From Vicugna vicugna (taxonomy: Eukaryota), in the NCBI GenBank assembly GCA_013265495.1, contig MU058198.1, positions 6,277,779-6,341,778 on the forward strand: DNA of 64,000 nucleotides, in the 5' to 3' direction. Shown in pieces: positions 1-12,365 of the stretch (position 1 is its first letter; each line of letters opens with the position of its first letter). Both the position numbers and the translations under genes were made by a program. The notes beneath the pieces are model-generated. The model was not told the origin of the DNA. It made no database searches and saw only the letters and a program-made list of their open reading frames with translations.

Positions 1-455
1 CGGGCCATGGACTCCTATGGCATCTAATGAGGCCTAACATTTTTCTCTGAAAAATGTTTTTAAATGCATAAGACCAAACGTACAGGATTGCAAAGAAACC
101 AATTACATTGAAATGGAGTTAGCAAGACATATTTAAAAATCAAACATATAGTATTAACCTATGTGCTTCTTTCCTAATGCACAAAATAACAAGATCTAGT
201 GTGAGTCTGATAACTTCCGTAACTTTGAAGTAGCGAGGAAGGAAGTGATTATTTTCAAGATCTCTGCAAACCCTGTAACGTGTTATGAAAACTCTTGTGA
301 TTCCAGTTGCTGACAAAGTCCCAGGTGGAGAGAAATGCTAACTGCCAGTCAGAGGCTAGTGAGAGGAAAGATGTAATATCTTGCCACCCAAGTTCTTGCA
401 TCCCTGCATTCTGACCACTGACCCCCTTGGGAATTTCTAGGTTAAGAATCTCTGC
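1..455. mobile_element. hAT-Charlie-type DNA transposon remnant
   Basis: AT-rich body (gaaaccaattacattgaaat, aaaataacaagatctagt) ending in a Charlie-like terminus ggttaagaatctctg; subfamily not certain. Confidence 0.6.
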
Positions 456-461
456 CTGAAG

Positions 462-620
462 CAGTTGTTCTCAAATGTCTGCTTGTTAAAATTCACATTG
501 CCAGGCTGCCCCACCACCTCCCCAGGGAAGCTGATGCTGTGGATGCAGGGAAGAGGCTGGGCTCTGCATTTTGAAAAGCACCCTGGGTCATTCTGATGCA
601 TGGGCCATATTTGGAGAAAG
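462..620. mobile_element. MER5-type hAT MITE
   Basis: cagttgttctcaaa start, ctgcattttgaaaagcaccctgggtcattctgatgca core, tttggagaaa end. Confidence 0.65.
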
Positions 621-684
621 AAATGTCTCTTAAAAATGAAGATACCATGAAGTCTCTTTCTTGTTGCAACCTTCTAGAGATCTC

Positions 685-1140
685 TCATTGCAGTTGGAAT
701 AAACCCCAACTTCCTACCCGGCTTTTAAATACCCCTGCCAAGGTAGTCAAGCCTCTGCCTACACTTTGACGTCTCCTCACTGACCACATTCCAGCCACCA
801 CAGGGCCTTTGCACTTGCTGTGCCCTCTGTTCAGATTGCTTACCTCCCAGCACTGCTAGGTTGACTGCTTCCCAGCTCAGCTGCCACCAACCAATCCATC
901 TAAAGGAGCCACATCCTCAACACAGTCACCTTTCAGCCTTCAACCCATTTCATTTTTCATTCTTTGAAATGGCGTTATCTCTTGGCTAACTCATGTGTAG
1001 TCTGCTCTCCATCCATAATGAAAGTTCCATGTGGGCAGGGATTTTGTCCGACTGTTCAGCACTGTCTCCTAGAAGTGTCTGGCACCAGCACAGGATGCGC
1101 TCAGTGAAAAGTCGTTAAACAAATAACTGAAGAAATGACA
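685..1140 (+). mobile_element. L2 LINE 3' fragment
   Basis: cagggcctttgcacttgctg and aagttccatgtgggcagggattttgtc motifs typical of the L2 3' end. Confidence 0.75.
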
Positions 1141-1199
1141 CAAGCCAAGAGGAAAAGGAGGAGATGGCCAGGCTCCCTCAGCAGCGAAGAAGCCAAAGG

Positions 1200-1450
1200 A
1201 AGAAACTGCTTCAAGGATGAGGCAGCGCTGTTGTGAATGCCACCCAAAGGTCAGGAAAAATGAGGACTGAGAGACTAGAAAAGGCCACAGCTTTGTAGAT
1301 TGGAGACCCTCTGGTGACATTTGCGAGTAAGGAGACAGATTCCTCAGCGGGGCTGATGCCAAAGGGAATCTGACTTGAGGGGCTGGAAGGGAGTGGGTGG
1401 TGAGGCTGCCAGCGCAGACTCCTTGGGTTTTGATAATGAGAACTGGCGGG
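1200..1450 (-). mobile_element. L2 LINE fragment
   Basis: aaatgaggactgag...ggtgacatttgcgag resembles antisense L2. Confidence 0.5.
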
Positions 1451-1584
1451 CATGGGGTAGAGGGGAGGTTTGTTCAAGTTTCAGTGCAGAGGGAGGGAGA
1501 AGGGGAGGCAGACGGTTTAGGGGTTTGGACATCTGGACTCGGTCAATGCCTGAGTCATTAATTCCATTTTGGTGGGGACGAACC

Positions 1585-1810
1585 CAGTGGGATAAGGGCA
1601 GGGCTTTGGAGCCAGAGTGGATTCAAATCCCACCTCCTCCAGCTACCAGCTGTGTTACTGGGGGCAAGTTATTTAAATCCTGCTGGATCTCAGTTTCCTC
1701 ATCTGTAAAATGGAATGCCTACAGTACCCACTTCAAGGGTGGTAGTGGGGATTCAATGACCTCCACTCCCCATCCCCAGCATGCAGTGAGCACCCAGCAA
1801 GTATAATCTT
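1585..1810 (+). mobile_element. MIR SINE
   Basis: ggctttggagccaga, ggattcaaatccc (B box), ctcagtttcctcatctgtaaaatgg core. Confidence 0.9.
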
Positions 1811-2719
1811 TTGTTTCCTAATTATGCCAGTGCTGTGTTGGAGCTGGAATGTCACAAGGAAATGCTGCTCTCAGGACACACTGGACAGACGAGGAGACAG
1901 ACCAGTGAAGCAGAGATGGACCACACATGAGTCTGTAAACAGGGGCTGTGGCCAGGCTGGGGAGGCCCAAGAGCTTCCAGAGGAGGTGCTGCCTCCAATG
2001 AGACTTGAAGGACAAGAGGGGACCAGGATAGACAAACCGACCTGGGGAGCAGGAGTTAGGATCACAGGGGACCTCAGGTGTTGCTGGACCACAGTGGCCA
2101 AGTGGTGAATGGCTGGGGCCAGCCAGAGGAGGCCACTTCACCTCGAGGGCAGCAGGGAGCCATGGGAGATCTCCTGCCAGGGGAGTGGTCGTATCTGCTG
2201 TCCAAAAGTTCATGCTGATGCTGTGCAGAGAGCGGAGGGAGGGGCAAGCCTGGAGCTGACGCTGATCCATGGGGAGACCACCAGGGGGATCCAGAAGTCA
2301 ACAAAGGAAACTGACCAAGGCAGCCAAGGAGGGCTCACCCCGAGGAATCTGGATTGTTAATTTGGCAGGTGTCGCATAAGGACAAGAACCTAAGGTGGCT
2401 GTCAAACTTCCACCCGATTCCATCAACTCTTGACTCCCCGACTCCATCACAACCGGCTGATGGTCACAGATGGAGCCTATTCATAGTGGGAGGGGGGGAT
2501 TTCAGATGCAGGAGTTTGGGGCTCCATGGACAGAATGCAGTTCCCCCTTCCTCCCCGAGCTTTCATTCGGAAGTCCTGGCCCCAGGAAGGCCCAGCCAAG
2601 ACAGAGAAACTTAAAGGCCCTCCACGAAGCCATGCTGAGTGTGCCTTCCAGTGGGCTCAGCATTTCCTCGCCTCTTGCCTGTCAGGGGCAGCAGCCACCT
2701 GAACAATGGCCTTTAACTC

Positions 2720-3250
2720 CCTGACACCTCCTGGTCTCACCTCCCACCCTCCTCCCCCTTGCTCACTTCCTTCTACTCAAACTAACCTCCTTGCTGCGTC
2801 TGAAATGCCTCAGCACACACCTGCCTCAGGACCTTTGCACTTGCCTTTCCCTTCCCCTGGGTCTCCCTCCCCTCCCCTCCTCTAAGTTTTGTTCAAATGT
2901 TATTTCTCAGTGATGTCTTCCCTGATCCCACTATTTAAAACTGCCAACATCCCTCCCCAATACTCCCTAGCCCCTTTCTCTTTTTATTTTTCTCTTTATC
3001 ATTTATCACCATTCAGCAGCCAGAGAGACCTCTGTAGAATGTAAATCGAATCTCCCTCCTGTAAGCCCTCCAATGCTCCGGTGTTTTCTCATCATACTCA
3101 AAATAAAATCCAAGTTCCTTCCAGGACCCTAAATGATCTGGCCCCCACCCACCTGTCCAGCCTGATCTCCCTTCTTCCCTGAGCCTCTTTTCTATCCACA
3201 AATGCACAAAACTCATTCCCACCTCAGGGCCTTTGCACATGCTTTCCCCA
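2720..3250 (+). mobile_element. L2 LINE fragments
   Basis: cctcaggacctttgcac and cctcagggcctttgcac motifs, aaaataaaatccaagttcctt. Confidence 0.7.
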
Positions 3251-3404
3251 ACTTTGATTAGAAACATGGGTACAAGAAATTTCTTATTTTCCTCCTTAAG
3301 TAAAGACACAAGCACAATAATAAAAGAATGGACACCCTGCTACCATGTCAGGGGGACAACAGGGTCACAGAGTGGCAACTGTAGCCACCTGGAGGGCCTC
3401 TAGC

Positions 3405-3632
3405 CAGGGGTAAAAGTAAAGCTGGCTCAGCTCGTCCAACTGATGAGAGTGGGTAACCAGGGTTGTCAGATCGCCCAGCTTTTTAAAAGACGCCAGAAAT
3501 CCTGATTTTTTTTAATGTGAACTCTCCCCATTCAGCAACATCAGCAATGAATTCTAATGTTTTCAAACACCACATGAGTCAATCAAACACACTGAGCAGT
3601 AGCAGGGCCCTGGGACACTAGTGTACAATCCT
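3405..3632. mobile_element. MER103-type hAT-Charlie element
   Basis: cagggttgtcagatc...gccagaaatcctgatttttt...aatgtgaactctccc resembles MER103. Confidence 0.55.
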
Positions 3633-4584
3633 TCACAGAACTCAAAACCCAATCCTAACTGAGTCCTCTCCACTTCATTATTCAGATGGTAAAAAAAGAT
3701 CCACCCCAGAGAGAGAACAAGAATTGAACAAGGTCACACAGCAGTACATTGGACTCCAGCCCAGGACCTCTGCTTCTTAACAGACGTTTAACTCCTACAA
3801 TGCACTAGGCTAGACCACACAAAGCGGGAAACCCTAGTCAAGTTCATGTCAGCACCTTTGAGGCATGCACAGAATAAGGGGAAAAAATGTTTGTGGACAG
3901 AAATCTTTCAGGGTTTATCTGCAAGGCTGCGTGACAGGCTATTCTAGCACAAAGAATAGGCTTCTTCTATCTGACTAGGACGTTCATCTTGGCAGGGGGC
4001 GTGGGGAGCAATGTATGATTCTGCCTGAGTCTCCCTTGCACTTGGAATCTCTCTTTTATTACCCTGGAGCCAGACAGCATCCTTTTTCTTGCAAGCCCCC
4101 TTACCCCCACCACCACCTTGGTCAAAAGGATCCTGGTTTTATCACTCCAGCAGAAGATTCTAAAAATATCTAAACTCACCAACTTCGGGGGTTTATTCTC
4201 TCATCTGGGACGCACCCACAAAGCTTTTGCCAATATAAATGGCATTTCCTTTGGTATTTTTAAAGATCAGAGAATCCAAGAGAATCTGCAAGCTGGACGG
4301 GGCCTTTGAGATCACAGCTTTCAAATGCCTCATGTTTCAGGGTATTTTTAAAAAAAAAAGTTTTTTTTTTTTAAAGGAGGCCCAAAAGGTTAGGTTTCCA
4401 GATAATTCACAAAAGAAGAAATGAACCTAATGATAATTTTATGGAAACATAGATTCAACCTCATTAGCAATACAATTTAAATTAAAACATCCATGAGATA
4501 GCACCTTTGGCCAGCATATTGAGCAAAGGTTTTTCAAGTAAGAGTTTCTGGTGGAAGATGGTAAGGGCAAGTGAGTTTCCCTTG

Positions 4585-4830
4585 CAGGGACGCTTACCTG
4601 TCACTCAGAAGTCACGCAGTCCCCATGTTGCAGGCCCCCTGCAGATAGAAGGGGCTACGTGACTTATCCCAGACACCATGCTCTGAGCAGAAATACGCAT
4701 CACTTTTGAGAAAATGCATAGAAAAGCTGGTGTATGATCTCCCAGCCCTCATTCTTGCTTACGGGGAGCATGGGAGACCGCGTGTTGAGATGTTGATGTG
4801 TCCATCAGCCTGGGTCCCTAGCAGACCAAG
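4585..4830 (+). mobile_element. MaLR LTR fragment (MLT1I/J-like)
   Basis: ggggctacgtgact, gagcagaaat..catcactt, tccatcagcctgggtccct. Confidence 0.6.
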
Positions 4831-5189
4831 ACCCCTCTACACCTAGGTGTTCCTTCTAGAATGTTCTTTCCTCTTATCCTCACCATTAACCATTTTTTTC
4901 CATTCAAATCTCAGCTAAGATGTCAATTCCTCAGACTGCAGCCAGAAAGGTCCCAGTCTATCCACCAATCTAACCTTCCTGGCCCCAGACACTCCCGATT
5001 CTGACATCTTGTTTGTCTTCTGAGCAGCTTTCTCATTTTGAAATGATCGTGTCTTTGGCTTAGTCTCCTCATCTGTAAAATGGGCAGTTGGACTCAACAG
5101 TTCCTAAGGGCCTTTCCTCTCCCACGTGACTCCCGGGACCCTGAATAGGTACCGACCCTGTCTCCACCACCTCTCCCGCTCCTGTGCCC

Positions 5190-5685
5190 TAGGTTAGAAA
5201 TCAGCATCCCTTTTGGGAATAGAATCTGCTTTTCCTTCCAAGGACCACCTCTGCCCACTCCAGTCCTTGCAATGGTGGGGCAGACCACTCTTTCCAGCTC
5301 CAGCCTGGCCGTAACCCAGGCCGCGGTGATTGGTTCAGGGATGGGCATGTGACTCACAGCTGAGCCAATCAGAGCCAGCCCTGGGGCTTTGCAGAAACAT
5401 CTGGGAAAGAGGCGTTCCTTTTCTACCATGGGTTGCTAAACTGGGGAGGATGGAAACCAGGAGCTGTCCGGGGCATCTCTGCCACTACACAGCCCACCTG
5501 GGAAGGAAGGTAACACAGGGACCCTGAGCTGAGACACAGGAGCTGCCTCCTAAGAGCAAAGTGGAGCCAGCTGTGCATGATGACGATATGCCTCACTGCT
5601 GGGTTCCCTGGGCCAGCACATTCCTCCTTTGGCTCAAGCCTGTTGGAATGAGTTTTCTGTCTCCTGCAACCAAAACAGCCTTCAG
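5190..5685 (+). mobile_element. MaLR solo LTR (MLT1K/L-like)
   Basis: gtgattggttcagggatgggcatgtgac, gccaatcagag, 3' end gttttctgtctcctgcaaccaaaa. Confidence 0.75.
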
Positions 5686-6699
5686 CCTTCACTGTCCCTG
5701 TAAGAATGTCTGTCATAGCCCCTGGAACGGTTGCTTATTGGCTCCTATCCCTCCAGGCTATGAGCTCCCCAAAGCCCTGGGCAGGGCCTCTGTCCTCTCT
5801 GCCCCTCCCCTGCCCTCCACAGCCCTGGCCAAGTGACCAGAGAAGACAGAACGCTCAGCAGCACCGGGTCCTTAATTGGGGAACTGTTCTGTCAGTCCGA
5901 GAAGCTTCAGGCTGTGTGATCTGAGCAATTAACCTTTCTGCAGAGGCCAAGGCCAATTATATCCCAGGGGCCATCTGTGACATCTGGGTAACAGACCAAG
6001 TGCCTCAGCCTGACTGCCTTGGTTTTTATAGGACAAACATAGCATAATCAATCTCTTCCATCCCCACTGCTGCTGCCGTGGTCCAAGCCTGTGTCCTTTC
6101 TCAGGGCCGCAGCAGCCTCCCATCTCCTCCCCACTTCCCGTCAGCCCTCCAGTCACTCTCCACAAACTCGTCCCCAGTGACCTCTGCTACCTCGTCTGCA
6201 GCTTCCCCACGCCCCAGCCCCCCAACCCCCCTAAACTCCCTGTGCGGTAGATTGCCAGACATAGCCTCAGTTCTTCACCCTTCCTTGTGTCTGCGCCCTC
6301 GGCACCACCCCTCCGCTCAGTCTTTGGGCTCCACCACGTGACTTGCTTTGGCCAATGGGGTTGGAGTGGATGAATGGGTGTGCCCTCTTGTTTGCACCTC
6401 CGTTACTGCTGCAAGGTCGTGCCTGCAGCAAGAGATAACCAACACATATGACACGTAACCGACATATCTTACTGCGGCAAGAGATCACTGACACGTCTTC
6501 CAATTCCCCCAAACACCTCCAGGTTTTGCGAGCGCTCTTGCATCTGCCTGGCAGATCTCCCCAACCCCACTCTGACTGGCCTGGCCAACTCCTACACACC
6601 CTCCAATACTCAACTCAGTGTCTCGTCCAGTGGAGGCCTTCAGTAACTTCCTCCTCTCACCCCACCCCAAGACAGTTCACTGCTTTATATCCTTGCAAC

Positions 6700-6940
6700 C
6701 CCACTCGTTAAAACAGGCTGGAGCCACATACAGTGGGTCCAGTCTCGGCACCGCTGCTCCCCAGCTCTGGGGGCTTTGGGCCCATCATGTCACCTTTCTA
6801 AACCTTGGTTTCCTCACCTGGAAACCGGGATGATGATAACAGCACCTGCCTCATCAGTCATCCACGGGAAGGGCTGAGCGTGGTGTCTGAGCAGTTAGGT
6901 GCGCCGTACACCCAGCTGCTATTCTTGTTACCATGATATG
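6700..6940 (+). mobile_element. MIR SINE
   Basis: ggctggagcca, ccttggtttcctcacctggaaa..ggatgatgataacagcacctgcctca. Confidence 0.75.
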
Positions 6941-7218
6941 CAATTATCTGCCTTCCTCATGAAGACATGAAAGCATTTGGGCCTGAGAAGTCGGGGACCC
7001 ACAGATCATTCACCACTATCTGCCTGTGGTCTGGACCATGGAAAGATGGAAAAGGTAAAATGACCCAACACCACCGTGACCCAGCTCTGGCTAAGCCAGC
7101 ACTGCTGATTCTGTGAAGAGGGCATCAATAGTCCCATTTCATTGCTAAGAAAACCAAGGTGCAGAGAAGCAACATAACGTACCCACGATCACAGAGCAAT
7201 TAAATAATGTATTCACCT

Positions 7219-7456
7219 AATTGGGAGTTTCGGAATTTGCAGATACTAACTACTATATATAAAATAGATAAACAACCAGGTCCTACTGTACAGCACAGGG
7301 AACTATATTCAGTATCTTGTAATGGCCTATAAAGAAAAAGAATATGAAAAGGAATACGTATATGTACAAATGAATCACTACGCTGTACACCAGAAATTAA
7401 CACAACATTGTAAATCGACTATAGTTCAATTAAAAAAAGAAAAAGAGAGAAAAAAA
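7219..7456 (+). mobile_element. 5'-truncated cetartiodactyl L1 3' end with A-rich tail
   Basis: ctactatatataaaatagataaacaa...gcacagggaactatattca...tgtacaccagaaattaacacaacattgtaaatc; diverged flanking duplication aaataatgtattcacct / aaagtaatgtacagcct. Confidence 0.9.
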
Positions 7457-7559
7457 GTAATGTACAGCCTCCCATGCCCCTCCTGGTCTGGCCAATATTT
7501 GGGACAAAGATGGATGTTATGATATCTGAGGAAACTGAATGGTTCTCATATAATAAGAC

Positions 7560-7780
7560 CAATAATGTTATAAAGTATTTGCTTTATTACTGGTACTGTT
7601 CTAATCAACTGACCTAGCTCAACATACTTAATCTTTATAAAAACCTCTATAAGGTATATACCATGATTATCCCCACTTTACAATCGAGGAAACTGAGGCA
7701 CAGAAGGTTCATTTATTTGCTCAAGGTCACACAGCTAGTAAATGTCAGAGCAGGGATTTACACAGGCTGCCTGGTGCCAT
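7560..7780 (-). mobile_element. MIR SINE
   Basis: attatccccacttta..gaggaaactgaggcacag, caaggtcacacagctagtaaatg. Confidence 0.9.
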
Positions 7781-8249
7781 GGAGCTTTCTAGGCTGAAAG
7801 GCTCTTGCGGAGGAAGGATCCAGGGGGTTGAGAGGGGATCCCAGCACCACCTCAGCCTGCAGCCAGTGCCCTGTCTGGGCTCAGCCTGGCTGCCCTGGCA
7901 CCTCCTCCAGGTTCAATCTCACCACTACCTGAGCCCCACCAGCCTGAGTTCTGGCTTAGTCTTGCTGCCCCAGACCATGAACTGAGTATTTAATGATCCC
8001 CAGTCTTCCCATCAGAGAGGCTTAAACACACATACAGGTACACACACCTTGTCAATCTGCTTTTCACAGTGAGAGGCTGCCTCTGTCTCCCCGAAACACT
8101 CCAGTGCCCTGTGCAGAGCCCCAAGAGAGGGCTGGGGCCATGACACTCTCTTTAGATACAGTTCACTTCCTCCCCAGCTGCGGCCTGATCCTGTTACTCC
8201 CACCAGCCTGATCAGACTCTCCTGGAGTTTTTGGCAGCCAGAATCAAGC

Positions 8250-8780
8250 CTGCCATTTGTGTGGCTCAGCTCAGTCTGGCCCCTTTCCACTCCAGCCTCA
8301 TCTCTCTGACTCTCTCCCTTTCTCTTCTTACTCTAGGCATATCAGTCTCTTTGCTGCTTGGCTGTTCTTTGAACATACTGGGAATTCTGCCTCAGGGCCT
8401 TTGCACCTGCTGTTCCTGTTGCTTAGAACATTCTCCCCCCACCCTAAGATATCCTCATAGCTTGTTCCCCCACCTCCTTCAGATCTTTGCTCAAATGTCA
8501 CCATCTCAGTGAGGTCTGCTCTGGCCAAGCCATCTGAAACGCAAACACCTGCTAGCTCCCCTCCCCACTTTTACTTTTTCTCCACGTTTATCATCACCGA
8601 ATAACACCACGTAATTGATGACTTACTTTTTGAATGTTTGTTTCTCTTTTCAAGAGTGTAAGCTCCATGGAGGCAGGGATTTTTGTTCATTTTATACACC
8701 ACCATACCCTCACATCTTGGCCAGTGTCTAACACACAGAACACACAGTAGGCATTCAACATTCGTCAGATAAATGATTCA
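8250..8780 (+). mobile_element. L2 LINE 3' end
   Basis: gcctcagggcctttgcac, gctcaaatgtcacc, gtgtaagctccatggaggcaggg, acacagtaggcattcaa. Confidence 0.85.
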
Positions 8781-9029
8781 CTTGCTGGCTTTGAAATCAA
8801 GCTATAAGACTGCTGACTATCTACTGTGGGCATTCGGGCTGGGCATTTCCCACAAAGCCTACGTGGGTCTTAATGCCACCACTGTCCCACCATCTGTGCA
8901 CGCAAGCACCCAGCCTGCCTGGGGTCCAGGCCCACCCAAGGTAAGACAACTGACATTAAGCCTAAAGGTCTGTCTGTCGTGTCTTCAGACTTCACAAAGT
9001 TTTGGTGGGTAAGGCAGTATACATAATAT

Positions 9030-9710
9030 CAAGATTACAAATTATTAGTGTATGAAAATAGCAAATGTTGGTGAGAATGAGGAGCAATGGGAACTCTCAT
9101 CCCATGGTGGAGGGAGCATGGGCTGATGCAACCACAGTGGAGAACAATCTGGCTTTACCTTGTGTAGTTGAAGATGGTCTCACCCTAAAACCTGCCATCC
9201 CAGTCTTACTTGTGCACATTAAAGAAATTTGTGTACAGGACAGCTTAAAGTAGGGAAAAAACCCGGAATGGTCATCAATAGTAAAATAAATAAATAAATT
9301 TTGGTGTGTTTACAGCATGGAATACACCATGGATTGGGGCTATACACATCAACATGCAAAAATCTTACAAGCAAACAGTAAACAAGTTATAGAATAATAC
9401 ATATACTATGATCCAATTGATTCTAAGTTCAAAAACAAGCAAAATCATATGAGGTATTTAGAGAAACCAACCTGTGATAACACTATGAACAAAGGAACAA
9501 GCAAGTGAAAGTTAAATCCTGAAGTCAGAAAAGAAGTTCCCTTTGAAGAAAGGGGCTGGGATCTGGGTTTAGAGGAACCAGGGCTTCAAAGCTAACAGAA
9601 ATGGTGGTTAAATTGTGATTGGTACATGGATGTTTACTGTTTTTTTATTATCGGTACTTTGTACTTATTTTCATAAATATTCTTTGTTTCAATTCCAATA
9701 TTTAATAAAG
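9030..9710 (+). mobile_element. Ancient L1M (L1ME/L1MC-like) 3' region
   Basis: caaatgttggtgagaatgaggagcaatgggaactctca, atggaatac, aagttcaaaaacaagcaaaa. Confidence 0.75.
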
Positions 9711-9755
9711 TCAGGTGTTTTTCAAAAGGAAAACAACAGTTAGGGTAGGTTAGAG

Positions 9756-9977
9756 CAGGGGTTGGCAAACTATGGTCCATGGGCCAAATCTGGCCCACAT
9801 CTTGTTTTTATTGGGACACAGCCATGTCCATTTGTTTTGAATTATCTGTGGCTGCTTTCACACCACAATGGCAAAGTTGAGTAACTGCAACAGAGAGCAC
9901 AGGCCCACAAAGCCAATGTTTACTATCTGGATATTTGCTATCTGGCCCCTTTTCAAAAAAAGCTTGCTGAGCCCTTG
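9756..9977 (+). mobile_element. MER58A hAT-Charlie MITE
   Basis: caggggttggcaaactatggtccatgggccaaatctggccc start, ttgctgagcccttg end; near 8-bp TSD ggttagag / ggatagag. Confidence 0.9.
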
Positions 9978-11241
9978 GATAGAGCAATGAGCCAAACTCG
10001 CAGACTAAACTAATCCTTTTAAATGTTTTTACTCTTTCTTTTTAATTTAAAAGTAATACATGCTCACTGTGAAGAATTTGAAAAACATAGCAACATGTAG
10101 AAATGACAGTTTTCCATATATGGTCACCTCCCAGCCAATAACCACTGGTAAAGTTGGGGGATGTTTCCTTCCATTTTTTTAATGCATCTGTAAGTTTCCC
10201 CACTCCTCTACAACCAGGAGCAGGCTGATTATGCAATTTTGCACCCTGCTGCTTTCACTCAATATCAGCTCAAAAGCATTTTTCTGTGTGGCTTAATTAC
10301 ATCCAATTTTTGCTATTATAAGTAATGATGCGATTAGTATCCTTGTACACACATTTTTGTTGACAATATGAAATATTATATAGTCGTCCAAAATGAATTC
10401 TTCAGAGAATTCTTAATGATATAGAGACTGTCACAACTGCATTATTTATACCAGCAAAGAGACTGGAAACAAGATGAATGGGCTGGCAGCAGGAGACTCA
10501 TTAGATGAACGTGGTACATCATTGGCTGGAATATTCTGTAGCTATAAAATGTGATGCTCTTGAAGAATGGAAAAATGGTTGTCTTTTGGAGCCTCAATTT
10601 CCCCATCTGCAAAGTGGAGATGATACTTTGCAGAGTTGCCTTAAGAGGATTAAAGGAGATGGTGCTTTGGAAGCATCTAGCACAAAATTCCCTGGCCTGC
10701 ATCTTCTATACTAGAGATTTTATTATTTAAATAATAATAATGTATAAATGGAGTGGGGAGGATATTATCAGACTGATAGGTCAGTCCTGCATCCTACCAG
10801 CAGCTAAATTTTTGAAGATCGCCCCTGGCTACACACACATCTGAGTAAAAATCACAAGCAAACTGACAGGATGCACTCTCCCGGCTCACTTGGCAGCCTT
10901 GTGATGTCTGCTTCCATATCATTTGTGTGATCATTTAACCACTGTGATCACCAAGGGACTTTGATGAGAGCATACCTGCAACCAAAAAACGAATAAATGC
11001 TTCTTGACTGCAGAAAGAACTCAGCCACTACCATGCAGGCATTGATCAGAACTGAGGAAGGCCCAAGCTGAGTGATGGGGCAAGCATCTCTCCCCTAGAG
11101 GATGTGTTTGTGCGTGCACACGGGTGCACACACGCTTGGACACACGTGCACACACAAAGTTGGTTTCAAAAATAGGAAGTAGGAAGAGAGGATGAGGTGG
11201 GGTGGTCTGAATACATGGTCTGTTGCCAAGGAAATCTGGTG

Positions 11242-11303
11242 ATTTAGGGAGAGTCTGCCAGACTCCTATTTCATTTAGGGAGAGTCTGCCAGACTCCTCT
11301 TTC
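11242..11303. repeat. 31-bp tandem duplication (30/31 identical)
   Basis: atttagggagagtctgccagactcctatttc followed by atttagggagagtctgccagactcctctttc. Confidence 0.95.
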
Positions 11304-11740
11304 AGGAAAGAAATATTTGAAAGCAAAGAAATCCATGAACAGCAGGAGGCCTTGGGGGGGCCATAAATAAAGATCGGGCGTACAGGGCGTACAGGTTTGC
11401 TCAAGTTGAGCAAACAAACCACAGGATAGAGTCAACTGGCTTCCTGGGCTCACTGCCCCAACTAGTCCTCTTTCACACCACAACGTTTACTGAGTGCCTA
11501 CTGTGGGCGGAGAGCTGTTCAAGGTGCTGAACATGTAGATGTTTCACTGGAAACAATGAGTCTGTTCTCTCAGGGAGACTGAAAATAAACAAGCTGTAAG
11601 AAGTAAATGAGCTCATTTTAGATAGCGACAGCCAGAGGAGAGAGGTGGAGGGCACAGACTCTGGAGCCAGACGGCCTGGGTTCAAATCCTGACCCTGCCA
11701 CTTCCTAGGTGGGGACGTCGGGCAAGTCACTTAAGTTCTT

Positions 11741-12153
11741 TGTAGTGAATGTTACTGATGCTTTGCCCACATCCCTGTCAGGTGTGACTATGTATCACTA
11801 AAGGTTCATGAGGCTTCGCATCGCCCCCTTCTGCAGATGCCCATGGCTCAATTACAGCCACCTCACCTGGAAGGTCATGTCCATTCCCTCTAGCCAGTGA
11901 GGCAGCCAACGAGGGGGAAAGGCCAGCCCCCTTTAGCTGAAGGTGGGACCAGCTCTGTGGTGCCATTCATGCTCCAGAGCTCTCTGCGGGATCCAGACTG
12001 AAGTCAGTCCCTCAGAGATCCTTGCTCAGCCCTTCCCTGAAGCATCGTGCTTGCTTCACTCCCCTCTTCCTGACATTATCTCTGGCCAAAACCACGTGCA
12101 CAGAATCCCCATCTTAGGCTCCGTTTCTAGGGAATCCAAATTCCCTAGAAACA
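11741..12153 (+). mobile_element. ERVL solo LTR (LTR16A-like)
   Basis: tgtagtgaatg start, gccattcatgctccagagctc, gaatccccatcttaggctccgtttctagggaa 3' end. Confidence 0.75.
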
Positions 12154-12246
12154 TACTCATTCTTACTCATTTTTATCTGTAAATGAAGGCAATAATAGCA
12201 CTTCTCTCAGGGGATTGTTGTTGAAGATTAAATGAGTTAATGTATT

Positions 12247-12365
12247 TCTTTTTCACCCCAAGCTTTACTGAGATATCATTGACATTATAATACTATGTAA
12301 GTTTAAGATATACAATGTGATGATTTGATATACAGATATATTGTGAAGTAATTACCACAATAAGG
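12247..12365 (-). mobile_element. L1MA-type 3' end fragment
   Basis: gctttactgagatat...gtttaagatatacaatgtgatgatttgatatac..tattgtgaa. Confidence 0.75.

Noticed and set aside
6423..6495. Degenerate direct repeat ctgc[a/g]gcaagagat 49 bp apart
   Set aside because: Only ~14 nt of similarity and two copies; may be an old duplication but too weak to interpret.
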